The notes below the pieces were generated by a model, which saw only the letters and a program-made list of their open reading frames with translations, was not told the DNA's origin and made no database searches. Positions 13,595 through 25,507 of a stretch of 64,000 bases of DNA are shown here, one piece after another. The stretch comes from Octopus sinensis (taxonomy: Eukaryota): positions 1-64,000 of the forward strand of contig NW_021835955.1 in assembly GCF_006345805.1 (NCBI RefSeq), given 5' to 3'. Made by a program: the position numbers and the translations under genes. Numbering within the stretch: the first letter of the stretch is position 1; every line of letters begins with the position of its first letter.

Positions 13595-14000
13595 GGGCCG
13601 ATCTTGGACTTTCCGGCATGACAACGACTCGAAATACAACTTGCACCTAACCAGAGATTACATTAGGTCTAAGAGAGTTCGGTTGATGCAGTGACCGACA
13701 CAGTCGCCCGACCTAAATCCCATCGAAAATCTTTGGGAAAGGTTGGGCAGAGCTTTCAAAGTAGTAAGCCAAAGAATAAGGTTAATTTTTTTAACATTAT
13801 TTGCCAAAATTGGGAAAATATCTGAGGAACAGTGATAAATGATCTGAACCATTCTGTTTCGCAGAGGATATTGAAAATCTGTGGGCCTTTAAAGCCTAGG
13901 CTTTGCAATATCTTGTCCTATATCGTGATGGCAAATTTGGAGTCTTTGACACTATGCAGTGTATTAAGAAATTTTGAATACCCAACCAAATTCTGATTAT
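13595..14000 (+). mobile_element. Tc1 (DD34E) transposase 3' fragment
   Basis: WTFRHDNDSK...*PTQSPDLNPIENLWERLG; 34 residues between D and E. Confidence 0.88.
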
Positions 14001-14254
14001 GTGAGCTTATCATTGTTTTTTGTTGATCACTGAATAAACAAATCGTTCTTAAGTCAAATGGTGCTATAAATTACGATAATTAAGATTTATTTATAGTTTA
14101 AAATTAATATGCTGACATTACGCTGTAAATTCGCATACCACATTAAAGCTCGTGAAATTTTTGATATACATCTTAATTCACAATTTACAACATGAATATA
14201 TAAAAAAATGCCATTTTAACATTAGTATAGTAGCATTCTTAAATTAAATGTCGC

Positions 14255-14307
<53 letters not shown>

Positions 14308-14364
14308 TTTATATATGTGTGTGTCTGTGTGTGTGTTTGTTTGTACTGTTCTTATTGTGTATTT

Positions 14365-15215
14365 TTAGAATTTTGTTCTGTACTTATCTCTCGCGTGTTT
14401 ACGCACTCTTCACCCGTTGGTGATGTCCTGTACTTGATGTATTTTATATTTATTTATTCATAATCGAACGCCACGCAGCCTTGTCCACAGAAAGTTTTTA
14501 CTTTTACTTATAATTCCTGCGACTCCACTCTCTGTTCCCTTTCTTTCTCTCTGTACCCTGTCTATCTTTCTTCCACTCCCTACTATCTCTTGTTCCTTCT
14601 CCCTTCATCCTCTCTCTTGTCCCCCTTCTCCCCTGCCTGTTTGCTCCCGCGTGACTATAGGCCATTTTCTCACCTCTGTCTTTTCTGGACGCGTCATCCA
14701 TCTAGATAGACGTCGTTTTTCTCGCCTCCCGACATTTTCTCTTTTTTTTCCTCTTTTACTATTTACTTCTCCTCTATTTATTCTATACCCTTTCCAAATT
14801 TTTTCCAGGTGTTACCCACTACAATGCATCTTGGCCTAACGGCCCTTAATATTTGTCTTCGTCTATGGTTTACTCTGTACATCCACTCTGCCATTGTTTG
14901 TTCGTTCGAAGCTATAACTCACCACAAATTTTATATTTTAAAAATTTCTGGATGCTACTGTTTTATGAAGGTTTCCTATCTAGTCGTTGAAGGCTCGAAA
15001 TAGGGAGTAATTAGTAGTCGAGAAATGAGGAGCGGTTAGACTTCTTTTGTTATTTTGTCCCATACTTGTCTCTCATTATGTGCTTACGTATTTTCATTCG
15101 ATGGTGATGTCCTGTTCTGATAGTGTATTTTTTTATTATTTTGTCCTGTGCTTGTCTCTCATGTGTTTACGCATTTTTCACTCCTTGGTAATGTCCTGTA
15201 CTTGATTATTTTAAA
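14365..15215 (+). repeat. Unclassified element with terminal direct repeats (~85-bp unit at ~14365, ~15050, ~15135)
   Basis: ATTTTGT..C..TACTT.TCTCTC...TGGTGATGTCCTGT recurs three times; interior loosely resembles 43840-44045. Confidence 0.55.
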
Positions 15216-15220
15216 TATAT

Positions 15221-15266
<46 letters not shown>

Positions 15267-15394
15267 CTATCTATGTGTGTGTGTGTTTCAGGAAAGAAAT
15301 ATGATTAAAAAACAAATTTGTTTTACAAGTCTATATAATATATTAGAATTGTCATAGCAAATGTATTATACAGTATTATATATGCTTCTCTACA

Positions 15395-15566
15395 CTAGGC
15401 ACAAGACCCAAAATTTTGGGGGAGGGAGCCAGTCGATTAGATCGACCCCAGTACGCGCCTGGTACTTATTTTGTCGACCCTGAAAGGCAAATTCGACCTC
15501 AGCGGAATTTGAACTCAGAACGGAAAGACAGGCGAAATAGCGCTAAGCATCTGTCAGCTCGCCGCC
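15395..15566 (-). mobile_element. SINE family C, internally deleted
   Basis: Inverse match to 23681-23908 (GAGTTCAAATTCCGC B-box, GGGTCGACAAAATAAGTACCAG). Confidence 0.8.
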
Positions 15567-15690
15567 TTATACAGTGTTATATATTAACGATTCTAATATA
15601 TTCTTTAGTCTTGTAAAACAAATCTTCTGTGGTTTTCATCTTTCCTTGTATATTCAACCACGTGTAATCACCAACCTTACTTTCTCTTTA

Positions 15691-15781
<91 letters not shown>

Positions 15782-15791
15782 ATATGTTATA

Positions 15792-15836
<45 letters not shown>

Positions 15837-15961
15837 CGGAGATGAACTTGCATAGCGAGTGACTTGATCTGAGATCATGTGCTGGAACGAAAACAATTGA
15901 GACCGCGACCTGTTCACTGGCAAAGCTTCGTGCTGCATCTGAGAAAGTAAGTTAGTTCATG

Positions 15962-15992
<31 letters not shown>

Positions 15993-16254
15993 TGTATGTG
16001 CGTATGTATGTATGTGCATATGTATGTATGCGTGTACATGTATGTGCGCATGCATGTGTGCATGCCTATACGCATGTATGTACCTATGTACTTACGTATG
16101 TATGTGAGTATTTAGGAGAGTGTGTAGACGTGTCTGTGTGTTTGTACATGTGTATGTATATGTGAAAGTATGTTTGTGTAATGATATGTGTCAGTTCAAC
16201 TTGAACTGACAGAATTATATATAATTATATATATATATATATATATATATAAGT

Positions 16255-16830
16255 GGAGGCGCAATGGACTCGTGGTCGTAGGATCGCGGTTTCGATTCCC
16301 AGACCGGGCGTTGTGAGTGTTTATTGAGCGAAAACACCTAAAAGCTCCACGACGCTCCGGCAAGGGGTGGTGATCCCTGCTGTACTCTTTCACCACTCTT
16401 TCTCCCACTCTTTCTTCTGTTGGCCTGCTCGCTTAGCCAGCGGGGTGGTGTCATTCAGAGGCTAAAACAATGCGAACGCATTGAGACCAGCAATGTGTAA
16501 CATTTGATGGTCTGGTCGGTCACGTGATCCCGTGATATATATATATATATACGTGGAGGCGCAATAGACTCGTGGTCGTAGGATCGCGGTTTCGATTTCC
16601 AGACCGGGCGTTGTGAGTGTTTATTGAGCGAAAACACCTAAAAGCTCCACGACGCTCCGGCAGGGGGTGGTGATCCCTGCTGTACTCTTTCATCACTCTT
16701 TTTCCCACTCTTTCTTCTGTTGGCCTGCTCGCTTAGCCAGCGGGGTGGCGTCATTCAAAGGCTAAAACAATGCGAACGCATTGTGACCAGCGATGTGTAA
16801 CAAATATGATGGTCTGGTCGGTCACGTGAT
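16255..16830 (+). mobile_element. Two tandem SINE family B copies (16255-16530, 16555-16830), tail type 2
   Basis: 300-bp period; head GGAGGCGCAAT...GGTTTCGATTCCCAGACC; tail ...GGTCTGGTCGGTCACGTGAT. Confidence 0.9.
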
Positions 16831-16839
16831 ATATATATA

Positions 16840-16947
16840 CACGAGGGTGTATGAAAAGTTTTGAGCTTTCAAGTCTTGTATCTTCATCAGAAGTCTTGTA
16901 GCATGTTTTTTTTTTGAGGCTCAAGACTTTTCATACACCCCCTCGTG
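16840..16947. mobile_element. 108-bp mariner-type MITE
   Basis: TIRs CACGAGGGTGTATGAAAAGTTTTGAGC / GCTCAAGACTTTTCATACACCCCCTCGTG, TA on both sides. Confidence 0.8.
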
Positions 16948-17017
<70 letters not shown>

Positions 17018-17018
17018 T

Positions 17019-17079
<61 letters not shown>

Positions 17080-17269
17080 AAGGGAGAGAGAAAGAGCAAG
17101 AGAGAGAGAGAGATCCATACTTTTAGCTACAACTGGACTGCCAGAAAACATGTAACTGTCTCCTAACAAAGTCCATGTATTCTGAAGTTACTTTTTCTAT
17201 TCTATTTCATGTTTTATTGGTTTGGTTTTTTTGTGGGGGAGGGGGATGAGTCTTCTGAAGAGACTTTGA

Positions 17270-18370
17270 TCTTGCGCCGCCTAAAAATCCTTTGGTCTTA
17301 CCATTGATTCTTTTGCTTCTCAAGAAGAGCTGAGATTTACTTTATCCACTGCTGCTTTGTTAAGTCTTATCAGATTTTAGCCACGTAAGAGCTTTTCGGA
17401 CATCGTCTTAGGAGAACATTTTGTAATCCCATTTTTAGTTTAGTGTTTATATATATTTTTTGTGCATGTTTTTTTTATATACATATAGTTTCTGTTGTTG
17501 TTTCTTCATCGTTCCCACTGATGTCTTTTACTTCAACTTCTTTTTTATTTGTTTGTTTGGGGAAGACTATAAAGGGATTTAGAACTGTTTTATATATTTA
17601 TTTCTATTAGTTGCCGTTTATTTTTGCAAGATTTTGCGCTAGATATTTTATAATATTCAGTTTTAAAGGAACCTCTACCTTTGTGGTGAGCAGTAAATAC
17701 AGTATTTCCGTATTGGATTTTCCTTTTTACTTTTTGTTTGTTTGTCGATACCGAATATTTCTCAATTTATTCCTGACATGTTTGTTATTAATGGTGTTAC
17801 TTTACGACTGGTTAATGTTTCCTAGATCCATACTAGAAAACGCTATCAAAAGCCTTCTAAGCAATCAATCTCTCCCATGATCAGTCCCCTATTTATTTTT
17901 CGATTTTGGATTTAGTTTTGTTGCTCAGTAATTGATCTTTACAATTATATGAGTTTTGTGCTATTCCTTCAGCTCTTCTGGGTGTACATGAGTTTTTTTT
18001 CTTTCCTTTATATGTTCAGCTTTTACTATCTGCGATATTATTGCGCTTACAACGTTGTATACCGTAAGCAGATAGCTTTAGATGCTTGCTGTTTATTTGA
18101 ATCTTGTGAATTAATTTTTTTTTTCCCACGACAAATTCTAAAGGCTTATATTTTGCGTATTTCAGTAGATCATTAAATATTTTGGCCAGTACTCTGTGTG
18201 CGCGGCTTAACTATTTTAACCAGAATTTTAGAACTTTATTACTTCCTGATATGGGTATTCGCTGGATATATCAGGCCATCTTAACCAAAGTAATTAAAGG
18301 TTTGGTAGGCCATACATGAACTAGTATGACGTGAAATTGCCTTACTCCTTAGGGCTTTAATATCAGATTT
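17270..18370 (-). mobile_element. Highly degraded Penelope-like reverse transcriptase remnant
   Basis: Minus-strand MYGLP (~18300-18317), an RPIISS-like segment and RGLIMG (~17875-17893) in the expected order; many stops. May extend to ~18918. Confidence 0.5.
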
Positions 18371-19269
18371 CAGCTAAAAATGAGAAAATACTTTCTATAC
18401 CCGTTGTGACAGAACGGCTTTTTTTATATTTGAATCCAGATACTTATGCTTTTCAAATGCTGTTGGTTATACTTCTGTATAGAGACGAAATTTTAATGGA
18501 GGATATTTGCTAGGTTTTGTAGTGAATATTTCACCTTTATTTTCAATGGTTGTTGATGGTGCTGATATATATGAGAAGAAGCAATTATCATCTAGTGTAC
18601 AATCTTTTTCAGACAGTTTTTCTAAATCAGTGACAGTGGTTGCTGTGAAAAACGTTAAATATTATTTGCAAGGGGGACTCCTTCATCGAAAACCGGTGCT
18701 TACCATGCGTTGACGAGAGGCAATTACCTTGAAACTATAGTTCGTATGTAGTACTTAGGTTTTCGAGGGAGGATGACCTCCCTTTGCAAATAACACAAGG
18801 GCACTGAGATTGTGTCTAAAGTCCATCTGGTGACGTTGATCGCCTGGGGCTAAAAGCATCAGTAACACCCCACCCCCAGTGGCTAGCCACATTCAGATGG
18901 CTAGTACACCTTACGTTAAATTTGATATTATTTGAGAGGTATTCATTGGGTTAGTAACACAAAGTAACTTACGTCCTATTTCTGTGGCCGATGTAGTATT
19001 TGAATTAAATCAAGAAAAACTCCTTGACCAAGAATGTGAAGGTTACTCTAAAATAACAGGAAAGGGAAGCAGAGTGCAAGTTTTTAAAAAAATGGAGCAT
19101 ATATACAAAAATTGGATCTATTGATAGCGCTGCGCATAAATGTTATGAATGACCTTAATGCAATACTTGAAGTTGAATTAGTGTAGTGAAAGGTACCAAT
19201 TTCTTTCTTTTTAAGTTTTGTCAGTGAGCAAAAGAAATGTCTTCTTCCAAGTGTATTAAATATATGGAA

Positions 19270-19649
19270 GCACTCCGTCGGTCACGACGATGAGGGTTCC
19301 GGTTGATCCGAATCAACGGAACAGCCTGCTCGTGAAATTAACGTGTAAGGGGCTGAGCACTCCATAGACACGTGCACCCTTAACGCAGTTCTCGGGGATA
19401 TTCAGCGTGACACAGAGAGTGACAAGGCCGACCCCTTGAAATACAGGTACAACAGAAACAGGAAGTAAGAGTGAGAGAAAGTTGTGGCGAAAGAGTACAG
19501 CAGGGATCCCCACCATCCCCTGCCGGAGCCTCGTGGAGCTTTTAGGTGTTTTCGCTCAATAAACACACACAACGCCCGGTCTGGGAATCGAAACCGCGAT
19601 CCTATGACCGCGAGTCCGCTGCCCTAACCACTGGGCCATTGCGCCTCCA
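19270..19649 (-). mobile_element. Full-length tRNA-derived SINE family B, tail type 1
   Basis: A-box TGGCCCAGTGG, B-box-like GGTTTCGATTCC; TSD TTAAATATAT (19256-19265, 19650-19659). Confidence 0.93.
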
Positions 19650-20045
19650 TTAAATATATACAAAGAGTTGGACAGGAAAATAATAAAAGAATATTCAAGA
19701 TTTTCCATTGACTTTGAAAATGATTTTGATTAGTGAAATATAGTCTCTACAGCTTCGGGTGAAACGCACCAACAAGCTCACCAGTTGAAGCCTGTTTCTA
19801 GTACAAGAACGTTTCTCGTTAGTCTGAATATAATTTCATTCTATTCAGCACAACTGGAATCTTTAAAAATAAGTTCAAGCTGTTTCCATGTGATGTAATC
19901 AAACTGTATTATCATGTCCAGGAGCTCGTGATTTCTATAGACAAAGACAAAAGTAAAAAATAATTCAAATAAATTTTTTTTGGAAAGTCAAACAATTATC
20001 AGGGAAATTAGACATATACTGACCTGATAATTTACAGAAAGCAGT

Positions 20046-20450
20046 GGAGGCGCAATGGCCCAGTGGCCCAGTGGTTAGGGCAGCGGACTCACGGTCATAG
20101 GATTGCGGTTTCGATTCCCAGACCGGGCGTTGTGAGTGTTTATTGAGCGAAAACACCTAAAGCTCCACGAGGCTCCGACAGGGGATGGTGGTGATCCCTG
20201 CTGTACTCTTTCGCCACAACTTTCTCTCACTCTTACTTCCTGTTTCTGTTGTACCTGTATTTCAAAGGGCTGGCCTTGTCACTCTCTGTGTCACGCTGAA
20301 TATCCCCGAGAACTACGTTAAGGGTACACGTGTCTGTGGTGTGCTCAGCCACTTACACGTTAATTTCACGAGCAGGCTGTTCCGTCGATTCGGATCAACC
20401 GGAACCCTCGTCGTCGTAACCGACGGAGTGCTTTTTTTTTTTTTTTTTTT
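20046..20450 (+). mobile_element. Full-length tRNA-derived SINE family B, tail type 1
   Basis: Near-identical inverse of 19270-19649; 13-bp TSD TTTACAGAAAGCA (20031-20043, 20451-20463); oligo-T end. Confidence 0.93.
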
Positions 20451-20724
20451 TTTACAGAAAGCATAATCTACAGATATTGTGTTCTGATACTGGTGGCTTA
20501 ACTGTAGTAGAATTTCGTCGTAGATCAGTTTTCTTTTCTTTTTTTTTTTTGTGCCATTTTAACACACCATTATATCATCCTTGGAGAGCAGTTTTTTGCT
20601 GTAAATAAGAAAATTTTTAGCCTCTTTTTTACATTTATTACAAACGGTGATGCTAACAAAACACGAGTCCATGAAGGTCAGCAATGGTAGATCAAGGTTT
20701 ATCTGAACTGTGCATGATAAGTGT

Positions 20725-21018
20725 TCTCTTTACTCTTTACTCTTTTACTTGTTTCAGTCATTTGACTGCGGCCATGCTGGAGCACCGCCTTTAGTCGAGC
20801 AAATCGACCCCGGGATTTATTCTTTTGTAAGCCCAGTACTTATATATATATATACGACAGGCTTCTTTCAGTTTCCGTCTACCAAATCCACTCACAAGGC
20901 ATTGGTCGGCCCGGGGCTATAGCAGAAGACACTTGCCCAAGATGCCACGCAGTGGGACTGAACCCGGAACCATGTGGTTGGTTAGCAAGCTACTTACCAC
21001 ACAGCCACTCCTGCGCCT
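20725..21018 (-). mobile_element. SINE family A, internally deleted
   Basis: Inverse match to 26987-27396. Confidence 0.9.
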
Positions 21019-21204
21019 ATTCACCATATTTTTTATTAACAATTGGTAGTACATGTACTCAATTCGAGAAATTGATAAGCGGACAGGTTTCTGGAGTACT
21101 CGAATCCATGCTAATCTTTTAATTATATCACGTTTTAGTTATTATATGTTTTAAAGTACTCCTTTATTTCCGTGTAAATATATATATGCTTTTGATATCA
21201 TAAT

Positions 21205-21471
21205 ACATCCAGTCATTATTTACATTATTTACATTTGACGGATATTTGTCCTCATCTTGTTTGTTAACACAACGTTTCGGCTGATATACTCTCCAGCCTT
21301 CATCAGGTGTCTTGGGAAAATTTCGGACCTGGGTTCTCATTTCTAAGGTATTTTTCGATGTTGTTGTTGTTGTTGTTGTTATTTAGGTCACTGCCTGGAA
21401 TCGAACTCGGAATCTTGGGGTTAGTAGCCCGCGCTCTTAACCACTAATATAGAATTGTAACATCCAGTCAT
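21205..21471 (-). mobile_element. tRNA-headed SINE carrying a hammerhead ribozyme
   Basis: 12-bp TSD ACATCCAGTCAT (21205-21216, 21460-21471); head TAGTGGTTAAGAGCGCGGGCTACTAACCCCAAGATTCCGAGTTCGATTCCAGG; (AAC)n; hammerhead; (AATGTAAAT)n tail. Confidence 0.85.
21266..21311 (-). ncRNA. Minimal type I hammerhead ribozyme
   Basis: GACAC-CTGATGA-A-GGCTG-gagagtatat-CAGCC-GAAA-CG-TT-GTGTT: perfect core, 5-bp stems I and II, palindromic AACGTT in place of stem III, GUU site. Confidence 0.85.
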
Positions 21472-21619
21472 ATTTTCTGTAATGTCACTCACCACCTCTT
21501 ATTTCATCTTTGTAGATTTCTTTCACACTACATTTTGCTTCCATTTTTTTTGTAACCATTGGGAAATTTTCGTATATCTTTGTATCCTTTTGCGCCCTTG
21601 TGACAAATAAATAAATAAT

Positions 21620-21673
21620 TGATGTTGTTGTTGTTGTTGTTATTATTATCATTATTATTATTATTATTATTAA

Positions 21674-21752
<79 letters not shown>
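21620..21752. repeat. Compound (GTT)n(ATT)n(AGT)n microsatellite
   Basis: Directly visible. Confidence 0.97.
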
Positions 21753-21954
21753 CGTGTAAAATAAAACGCCAGTTAAACATTGGGGTCGATTTAATCTCCT
21801 TGTACCTGTCACCCAATTTTCGGACTACGTCGCTATATTATAAACAATCACCCTCAGATGTTGTTTTGCTTCTCTCCCTCTCTCCTTCTTTCGCTCTCTC
21901 TCTCTCTCTCCTTCTCCCCCACCTTCTCTCTGTGATTAGGTGTTTCACCACGAT

Positions 21955-22340
21955 ACTTTTATCTTTTATCTTTTATGTGCTCTTAGACTGCAACCATGCT
22001 GAGGCACCACCGTGAAGAATTTTTAGTCGAATGAATTGGCCCCAATACTTTTTTTTTAAAGCCTGGTGCTTATTATGTCGGTGTCTTTTGCTGAACCGCT
22101 AAGTTACGGGGTCGGTTGTCAAGCTGTGGTAGAGGACAAACACAGACTTAAAGACACACACACACACACATATATACATATATGCATACGACAAGCTTCT
22201 TTCACTTTCAGTCTATCAAATTCACTCACAAGGCTTTGATCAGCATAAGACTATATAGTAGAAGGCAAAAGGTGCCTCACAGAAGGACTGAATCCAGAAC
22301 CATTTGGTTGGAAAGCATGCTTCTTACCACACAGCCACCC
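21955..22340 (-). mobile_element. SINE family A, diverged
   Basis: Inverse match to 26987-27396. Confidence 0.85.
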
Positions 22341-22619
22341 CTTTTAAAGAAAAAAAAAAGCGACATCAAGAATTTCGGGACGTTTGCTTCATGATCTCGG
22401 ATTTTTACAAAAAATGGTTCTTGGGTTCTCCTTTTCCTTTCTTTCTTTTTTAACAAGCAAAATTAATATTCATTGCAGCACAAAGCATTCAATGACTTTT
22501 GGTCAATTGAGAATTACACTGACATACAGTTACCCTGATACTTACACGGACGATTCGAAGCTTTTACTCGTGGAAGGTGCAAATAGAACAGCGGTTCAAC
22601 TGGTGGCATAGAATGCTCT

Positions 22620-22697
22620 TGAGCGCAATGGTTTTTGTCCGATCACGGAAGTTAAGCAAAGTCGATCCTAGTTATCGGGTAATCTAGGTGCAGTAAG
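22620..22697 (+). pseudogene. 5S rRNA pseudogene with internal deletion
   Basis: GTCCGATCACGGAAGTTAAGCAAAGTCGATCCTAGTTA matches the 5S box A region; ends AGGTGCAGTAAG like the 5S 3' end; box C region missing. Confidence 0.7.
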
Positions 22698-22710
22698 GAT
22701 CTCACTTATA

Positions 22711-23108
22711 GGCGCAGGCGTGGCTTTGTGGTAAGAAGTTTACTACCCAACCACATGGTTCTAGGTTCAGTCCTACTGCGTGGCACCTTAGACAAATGTC
22801 TTCTATTATAGCCTCGGATCGATCAAAGTCTTGTGAGTGGATTTGGTTGACGGAAACTGAAAAAGCTCTGTCGTATAAATATGTATACGTGTCTGTTTTC
22901 CCCTGTTTTCCCACCCACAGCTTGACAACTGATGTTGGTGTGTTTACGTCCCCGTAATCTAGTGGTTCGGCAAAAGATACCGACAGAATAAATATCAGAG
23001 TTTTAAAAAAAAGTACTGGGGGTCGATAATTTCTACTAAAAACTCTTCAGGATGGTGCCCCAGTATGGCTGCAGTCTAATGACTGAAGCAAGTAGAAAGT
23101 AAAAAGAT
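22711..23108 (+). mobile_element. SINE family A
   Basis: Colinear with 26987-27396. Confidence 0.9.
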
Positions 23109-23680
23109 AGTAAGCTCCACATAAAGATTTGTTCCCCGAGGACCTGAAAACAACAAAAGAGGAATGAAAGAGAGAGAGAGAGACGCAGGAAATAGTTATC
23201 CTTTCACATCTGTAGGGCCTACGAACTTCACTTTCCTAAAAACTACAAGTCGAATCTTCGAAGATGGCCGAAAGACTCACCTCGCTTCGCTGGGAGTAAC
23301 CGACATCTTGTGCATCAACGTCCAAGGAACCTATACTCCTCTCCCAATAATATGAATCCAATGCAATGGGAAGATGAAAAGTAAATCGAGGATGGACAGA
23401 CACCAAACTGCTGGATATATTGAATCAGTAGAATGGAACGAAAAGGAAGCAGAAAATTTGAAATAAGCCCAAATAAATGTCTTGTGAAGTACAGGAATAG
23501 ATTCACAGTAACTTTTCTCTTATTCATTTCCCCACTATATAAAGCATCTCCTTACTTTTTGTGTCGTTGTTACTGTTGATCCTTCCCACGATTGTTTAAC
23601 TACTGCACTAGTAATTTTGAACGTTCTTGTCCGTATCAATCGATTGAGAATATTTTCAGATTATCTACCACTGCCATGTA

Positions 23681-24095
23681 GAGCTGGCAGAAACGTTAGC
23701 TTGCCGGGCGAAATGCTTAGCGATAATTCGTCTGTCGCTACGTTCTGAGTTCAAATTCCGCTGAGGTCGACTTTGCCTTTCATCCTTTCGGGGTCGATAA
23801 ATTAAGTACCCGTTACGCACTGGGGTCGATTTAATCGACTTAATCCCTTTGTCTGTCCTTATTTGTCCCCTCTATGTTTAGCCCCTTGTGGACGATAAAG
23901 AAATAAGAATTATTAGCACGCCAGGCAAAATGCTTAGTGGAATTTCGCTCAGAATTTAAATTTCGCCGTTGTCGACTTTACTTTTCGTCCTTTCGGGGTC
24001 GATAAAATAAGTATCAGTTGAACATTGGAGTCGATGTAATCGACCGATGCCTCCTCCGAACTTCAGGCTTTGTGCCTACATTTGAAAGGATTATT
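23681..24095 (+). mobile_element. Two adjacent SINE family C copies (23681-23908, 23909-24095)
   Basis: B-box GAGTTCAAATTCC; central CCTTTCATCCTTTCGGGGTCGATAAATTAAGTACC resembling the Nin/Deu-type conserved SINE domain (recalled, not aligned). Confidence 0.85.
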
Positions 24096-24889
24096 ACCAA
24101 CATATTATTTCAACGTTCCAATATATATGACTGAAACAAGTGAAAAAAATAGTTAAATGGGAGAACTAAATAGTTGGTTTTTACCGTTCTACCTTCGAAA
24201 CAGGCAGATCGATAAAATATAGTACCAGCTAATTACTGGGGTAGATTAAATCGAATATGTTCATAATTCACGATGCATGGCTTTGTGCCATTATTGTAGA
24301 TCAGGAGATACTTTTTAAGTAAATATATTCTTTTATTGAAAGATAATGCAATGTAAAATTACTTAATAGAGAGTATATACTTCCTTTTCAGAAGAACCTA
24401 GCAATTATTGAATATTTGTAGATTTTTTTTTCTTAACATTTTTGTGTTTTTGATACTGAAAATACAGTTAACGAAAACTTTGGTCTGATCAAAGGTGATA
24501 GAGTGTCTCTATTATTAAATGATAAGTGAAAACAATTTACAGAAAACAGACGTTTTTAGAACAAGCAGCAAAATAAATGAATAAATTTGAGGTAATAAAT
24601 AATATAGGAAATAAGTTTATCCGGGAAGATGTACTTCTCTATTTTTATGGGTCTATACTCTCGGCGTGTATATGAATGTGTATATGAGTATGCATATACA
24701 TTTCATAACAAGACACATACAGGGCACATAACAATTAGTGTTAGCAAGGAATTTCTCAAAGGTTGTTCATATAACATTTGAGTTATTTGAGGCTTCCTGC
24801 AATAAATCTTTGTAATGAAAGAATAAACAGAAATGGTCGACTTAAGATATACGATTTGAAAATGTGATCATATTTCATAGCAATCACTT

Positions 24890-25507
24890 TCAGCCCTGGC
24901 GTTTCTTTTACTGGGCTGACATATGGCCTGAGAACTTCTGAGGCACTGGAGACTTGTTTGCTGGGCAGACGCATGATCTGACATCCTTCTGTCACGATTT
25001 GCTCGATGGGTGGAATCGAGCAGAACCCGGTGTTGGTAGATGGATGTGCCTCGAAGATAACGCTATTCGGCTCACTTCTAGGAGAAGAACGACCCGCTCA
25101 CATCAGACCCGTGTTTATAGTTCGTGGTATCGTCCACTTAAATACCGACAGCCTCTCGTGGGAGACCTTCTGCCAACGGACAGCAAAGCTTACTCCAATC
25201 AATTAACCGGGCGTCGTGGAGGAAAACCTTCCTCTCGTCTTCGATAGGTAGACATTGAGAGTATCTCTTCGACGTGTGCGTGGGGCAGCCTCGAGGGTTA
25301 TGCTCTGCCTGAACAAGCCATTTCATTCTGTAGACGCTTTTTTACTTCTTAGCATGTGGTACCATCCACCTTAAAACAACGGTACCGGCTTGGAGAATAA
25401 AGATTTGGGTCAGTATCTCGTCCTATGCTCGTGTTGCTATCAGTGAGTGCACTGTGGAACTATCCACGTAAACTTCAGAGTAAGTTGCGGTTTCGCATTC
25501 ATAAAAG
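24890..25507 (+). mobile_element. Possible 3' end of an R2-like site-specific retrotransposon
   Basis: GC/CpG-richer non-rRNA sequence abutting 28S at the R2 cleavage site; only weak broken endonuclease-like peptides (*SDILL, MDV, PVFIVRGIVH). Confidence 0.45.

Noticed and set aside
18760-18918. Possible HDV-like ribozyme (hairpins plus GGCTAA) at an element end
   Set aside because: Could not build the P1/P1.1/P2/P3 nested pseudoknot on either strand.
21386-21446. Functional tRNA gene (also other SINE heads)
   Set aside because: Acceptor stem incomplete and the sequence continues into a TSD-flanked SINE body.
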